Both the position numbers and the translations under genes were made by a program. The notes beneath the pieces are model-generated. The model worked only from the letters and a program-made list of their open reading frames with translations. It was not told the DNA's origin and did no database searches. DNA of 28,079 nucleotides from Calditrichia bacterium (lineage in GTDB: Bacteria > Calditrichota > Calditrichia > Calditrichales > Calditrichaceae): NCBI GenBank assembly GCA_026983775.1, contig JALSTK010000174.1, positions 1 to 28,079 on the forward strand, in the 5' to 3' direction. The number at the start of each line of letters is the position of its first letter. The stretch's first letter is position 1. Positions 26,591-28,079 of the stretch are shown piece after piece.

Positions 26591-26961
26591 ACGGCCGGAG
26601 CAAAATGTTTAAGTATTCTATTGTCTTTGGTCAATAATTTTGCTTTATGAAAATTCACTTCAGCCACAATCAGTCTGTCAAACGGATCGCGGGTCCAGGA
26701 TAAAGGCAAAGCTGCCTGTACAAGGTCGGCAAAATCGGTATGAACGGAAAGAAGCGTAATGGTTTCGCGTAGCTCGCCGACAATAATGGACGGTTCTATG
26801 GTTATCTTTCCGATTTCATATAAAAATTGTAATTCCAGCAAAGAAACCGTTGGAATAAATAGATCGCTGGAATCAATCAAATTTAGCGCTTTTTGAGAAA
26901 AACGGGCAGGGTCTCTTTGGAACAACCAGATTACTATATGGGTATCCAAAAACAATTTCAT
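26581..26961 (-). CDS. vapC: PIN-domain toxin VapC
   Basis: MKLFLDTHIVIW (first Asp), LLELQ (Glu) and TRDPFDRLIVA (Asp) are conserved PIN acidic residues. 126 aa, overlapping the antitoxin gene by 4 nt. Confidence 0.8.
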   Translation of the reverse strand: MKLFLDTHIVIWLFQRDPARFSQKALNLIDSSDLFIPTVSLLELQFLYEIGKITIEPSIIVGELRETITLLSVHTDFADLVQAALPLSWTRDPFDRLIVAEVNFHKAKLLTKDNRILKHFAPAVWR

Positions 26962-27197
26962 GCTTCTTCATCCCATTTCCAGGATTTGAAATTTACCAGC
27001 TCTTCCGGATCGCCTTTCACCACATTTTTGCGCGGCGGTTGACTAAAGAGGCGTTTCGTACGAGGCAAACGCTTATCCAGATCGATCTTTATAATCCGCC
27101 CCTTGCGCTTTACATAGACCGGTTTGCCCGTTTCAAGGACCTGGTCGAATATTTTGTATATCTGGCTCCGAATGGCCGTTAAGGAAATAGTTTTCAT
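26958..27197 (-). CDS. Type II antitoxin (Phd/YefM-like) paired with VapC
   Basis: 79 aa: MKTISLTAIRSQIYKIFDQVLETGKPVYVKRKGR, a Phd/YefM-like N-terminus. It lies directly upstream of vapC with an ATGA overlap. Confidence 0.55.
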   Translation of the reverse strand: MKTISLTAIRSQIYKIFDQVLETGKPVYVKRKGRIIKIDLDKRLPRTKRLFSQPPRKNVVKGDPEELVNFKSWKWDEEA

Positions 27198-27266
27198 TTA
27201 TAGGACCTCCGACCTTATTTACGTACGTAATATACTATATATGCGTACGTATTTCAAATGAAAAGA

Positions 27267-27749
27267 TCATACATCTTCCGTTAATAATTTTCGCGGGTCC
27301 AGATTTTTTTTTAGATACTTGCCGCTTTCCCGGTCATATTGCAACCAGATGGGATGACGGGCCAGGGTTTGCTGTAGCACATTATAGGCCGCCACCGCCA
27401 GGTAAGGAAATCCGCTAGGCACGATATAAATTTGATAATCACGATATTTTTCAGCCAGGGTCCGGCATTTTTGGGCGATGATTTTTTCGGCATCCATTGG
27501 CACATTGCCGCGGGTTAAAACTTCCACGGTAATTTGCCGGCCGAATTGATCCTGCAAGGCGGGTACAATGGGATGGAGGCCTTCGTTGACGATGATGAAT
27601 AATTTTGTTTCCTTCGTTCCGTAATAAGTGTTTGAGATTCTTTCAAATAAATCTTGCGCTTTTTTAAATTCTTCAGACGTTATTTTCGTTAAATTTCTAA
27701 TTAATCGAATTCCGTCCTCAAGCCATTCATTAATATTATTTTGATTCAT
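27267..27749 (-). CDS. Hypothetical protein (alpha/beta, possibly a minimal Rossmann/CARF-like fold) translationally coupled to the upstream HEPN gene
   Basis: 160 aa. The ATG at 27749 overlaps the upstream gene stop by 14 nt (ATGAATCAAAATAA). It has an N-terminal helix followed by strand/helix alternation (KLFIIVNEGLHPIV, YQIYIVPSGFPYLAVAAYNV). No decisive motif was found. Confidence 0.4.
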   Translation of the reverse strand: MNQNNINEWLEDGIRLIRNLTKITSEEFKKAQDLFERISNTYYGTKETKLFIIVNEGLHPIVPALQDQFGRQITVEVLTRGNVPMDAEKIIAQKCRTLAEKYRDYQIYIVPSGFPYLAVAAYNVLQQTLARHPIWLQYDRESGKYLKKNLDPRKLLTEDV

Positions 27750-28079
27750 CTTTAATTAAATCCTTGAATGATTTTAGTAGTTGATACCCTTTCTCTTTTA
27801 ATCTTCCATAATTTGGTTTGTTACTATTTGTAAACGATGCATGATTCAAAGCGTTGCGTATTGGAAAGAGTGTATTTTTAAATTTGATATATTTACTTAA
27901 ATCGTATGTTAATACGTGTTCTATTATTTGAATTTGATCTTCTTTAATTTTCCATTCATTTTTGTTTAATTTTTTTTCTTGAATATGCAATGCAGATGTA
28001 AATAATTGACGATGAACGGAATTATCAAAATTTAGTTCGGTAGCACGGCAACCCAATGAAATAAAATTCTCTTCGAGTA
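27736..28079 (-). CDS. C-terminal fragment of a HEPN-motif protein (Rx4H); N-terminus beyond window
   Basis: The frame is open to the window end; the ORF-track start at 28056 is a TTG with in-frame sense codons upstream. The C-terminus carries FPIRNALNHASF, that is R-N-x-x-x-H, the HEPN RNase consensus. This is as in the C-terminal HEPN of Csm6/Csx1 and Abi-type HEPN toxins. Confidence 0.45.
   Translation of the reverse strand, partial: LEENFISLGCRATELNFDNSVHRQLFTSALHIQEKKLNKNEWKIKEDQIQIIEHVLTYDLSKYIKFKNTLFPIRNALNHASFTNSNKPNYGRLKEKGYQLLKSFKDLIKDESK

Noticed and set aside
27311-27505. 64-aa ORF nested in the 27267-27749 gene
   Set aside because: It is an internal alternative frame without support.

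Overview
Almost every gene in this window is on the minus strand, and the window falls into three blocks. (1) Bases 1-12603 hold a complete, contiguous type IVa pilus operon in the order pilB, pilD, pilC, pilA, two minor pilins, two PilX-like paralogs, pilM-pilN, pilO, a PilP-like gene, pilQ and pilT, with pilT truncated at the window start. Two of these genes are unusual fusions: PilB carries a C-terminal CheY-like receiver domain, and PilM is covalently fused to PilN. (2) Bases 12773-19031 are a metabolic and membrane block: a PEP-carboxykinase(ATP)-like gene, an aspartate-aminotransferase fused to a second PEPCK-like domain, a flotillin (SPFH) protein and a degenerate receiver-like protein. 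(3) Bases 19205-28079 are a defense island. It contains an odd tandem repeat of about 350 bp whose unit boundaries carry split CRISPR-repeat halves. Next is a CRISPR array of six 37-nt repeats plus one disrupted terminal repeat, with an AT-rich leader next to cas2. The adaptation module is cas2-cas1 immediately preceded by a thumbless family-A (Pol I-like) DNA polymerase domain protein, which is the most unusual element in the window. Beyond that are frameshifted TPR genes, a DUF4258/DUF2283-like pair, a Cas_NE0113-like CARF protein, a VapBC pair, a small unknown protein and a partial HEPN-motif protein that runs off the window end. No CRISPR effector (interference) genes lie in the window. 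The ORF track uses TTG as M for several ORFs (flotillin, the CARF protein, the HEPN fragment). ATG starts with GGAGG Shine-Dalgarno sites were used to correct the starts of pilA, flotillin and the DUF4258 gene; the PilX-2 start was moved to an internal ATG by homology, with no obvious SD.
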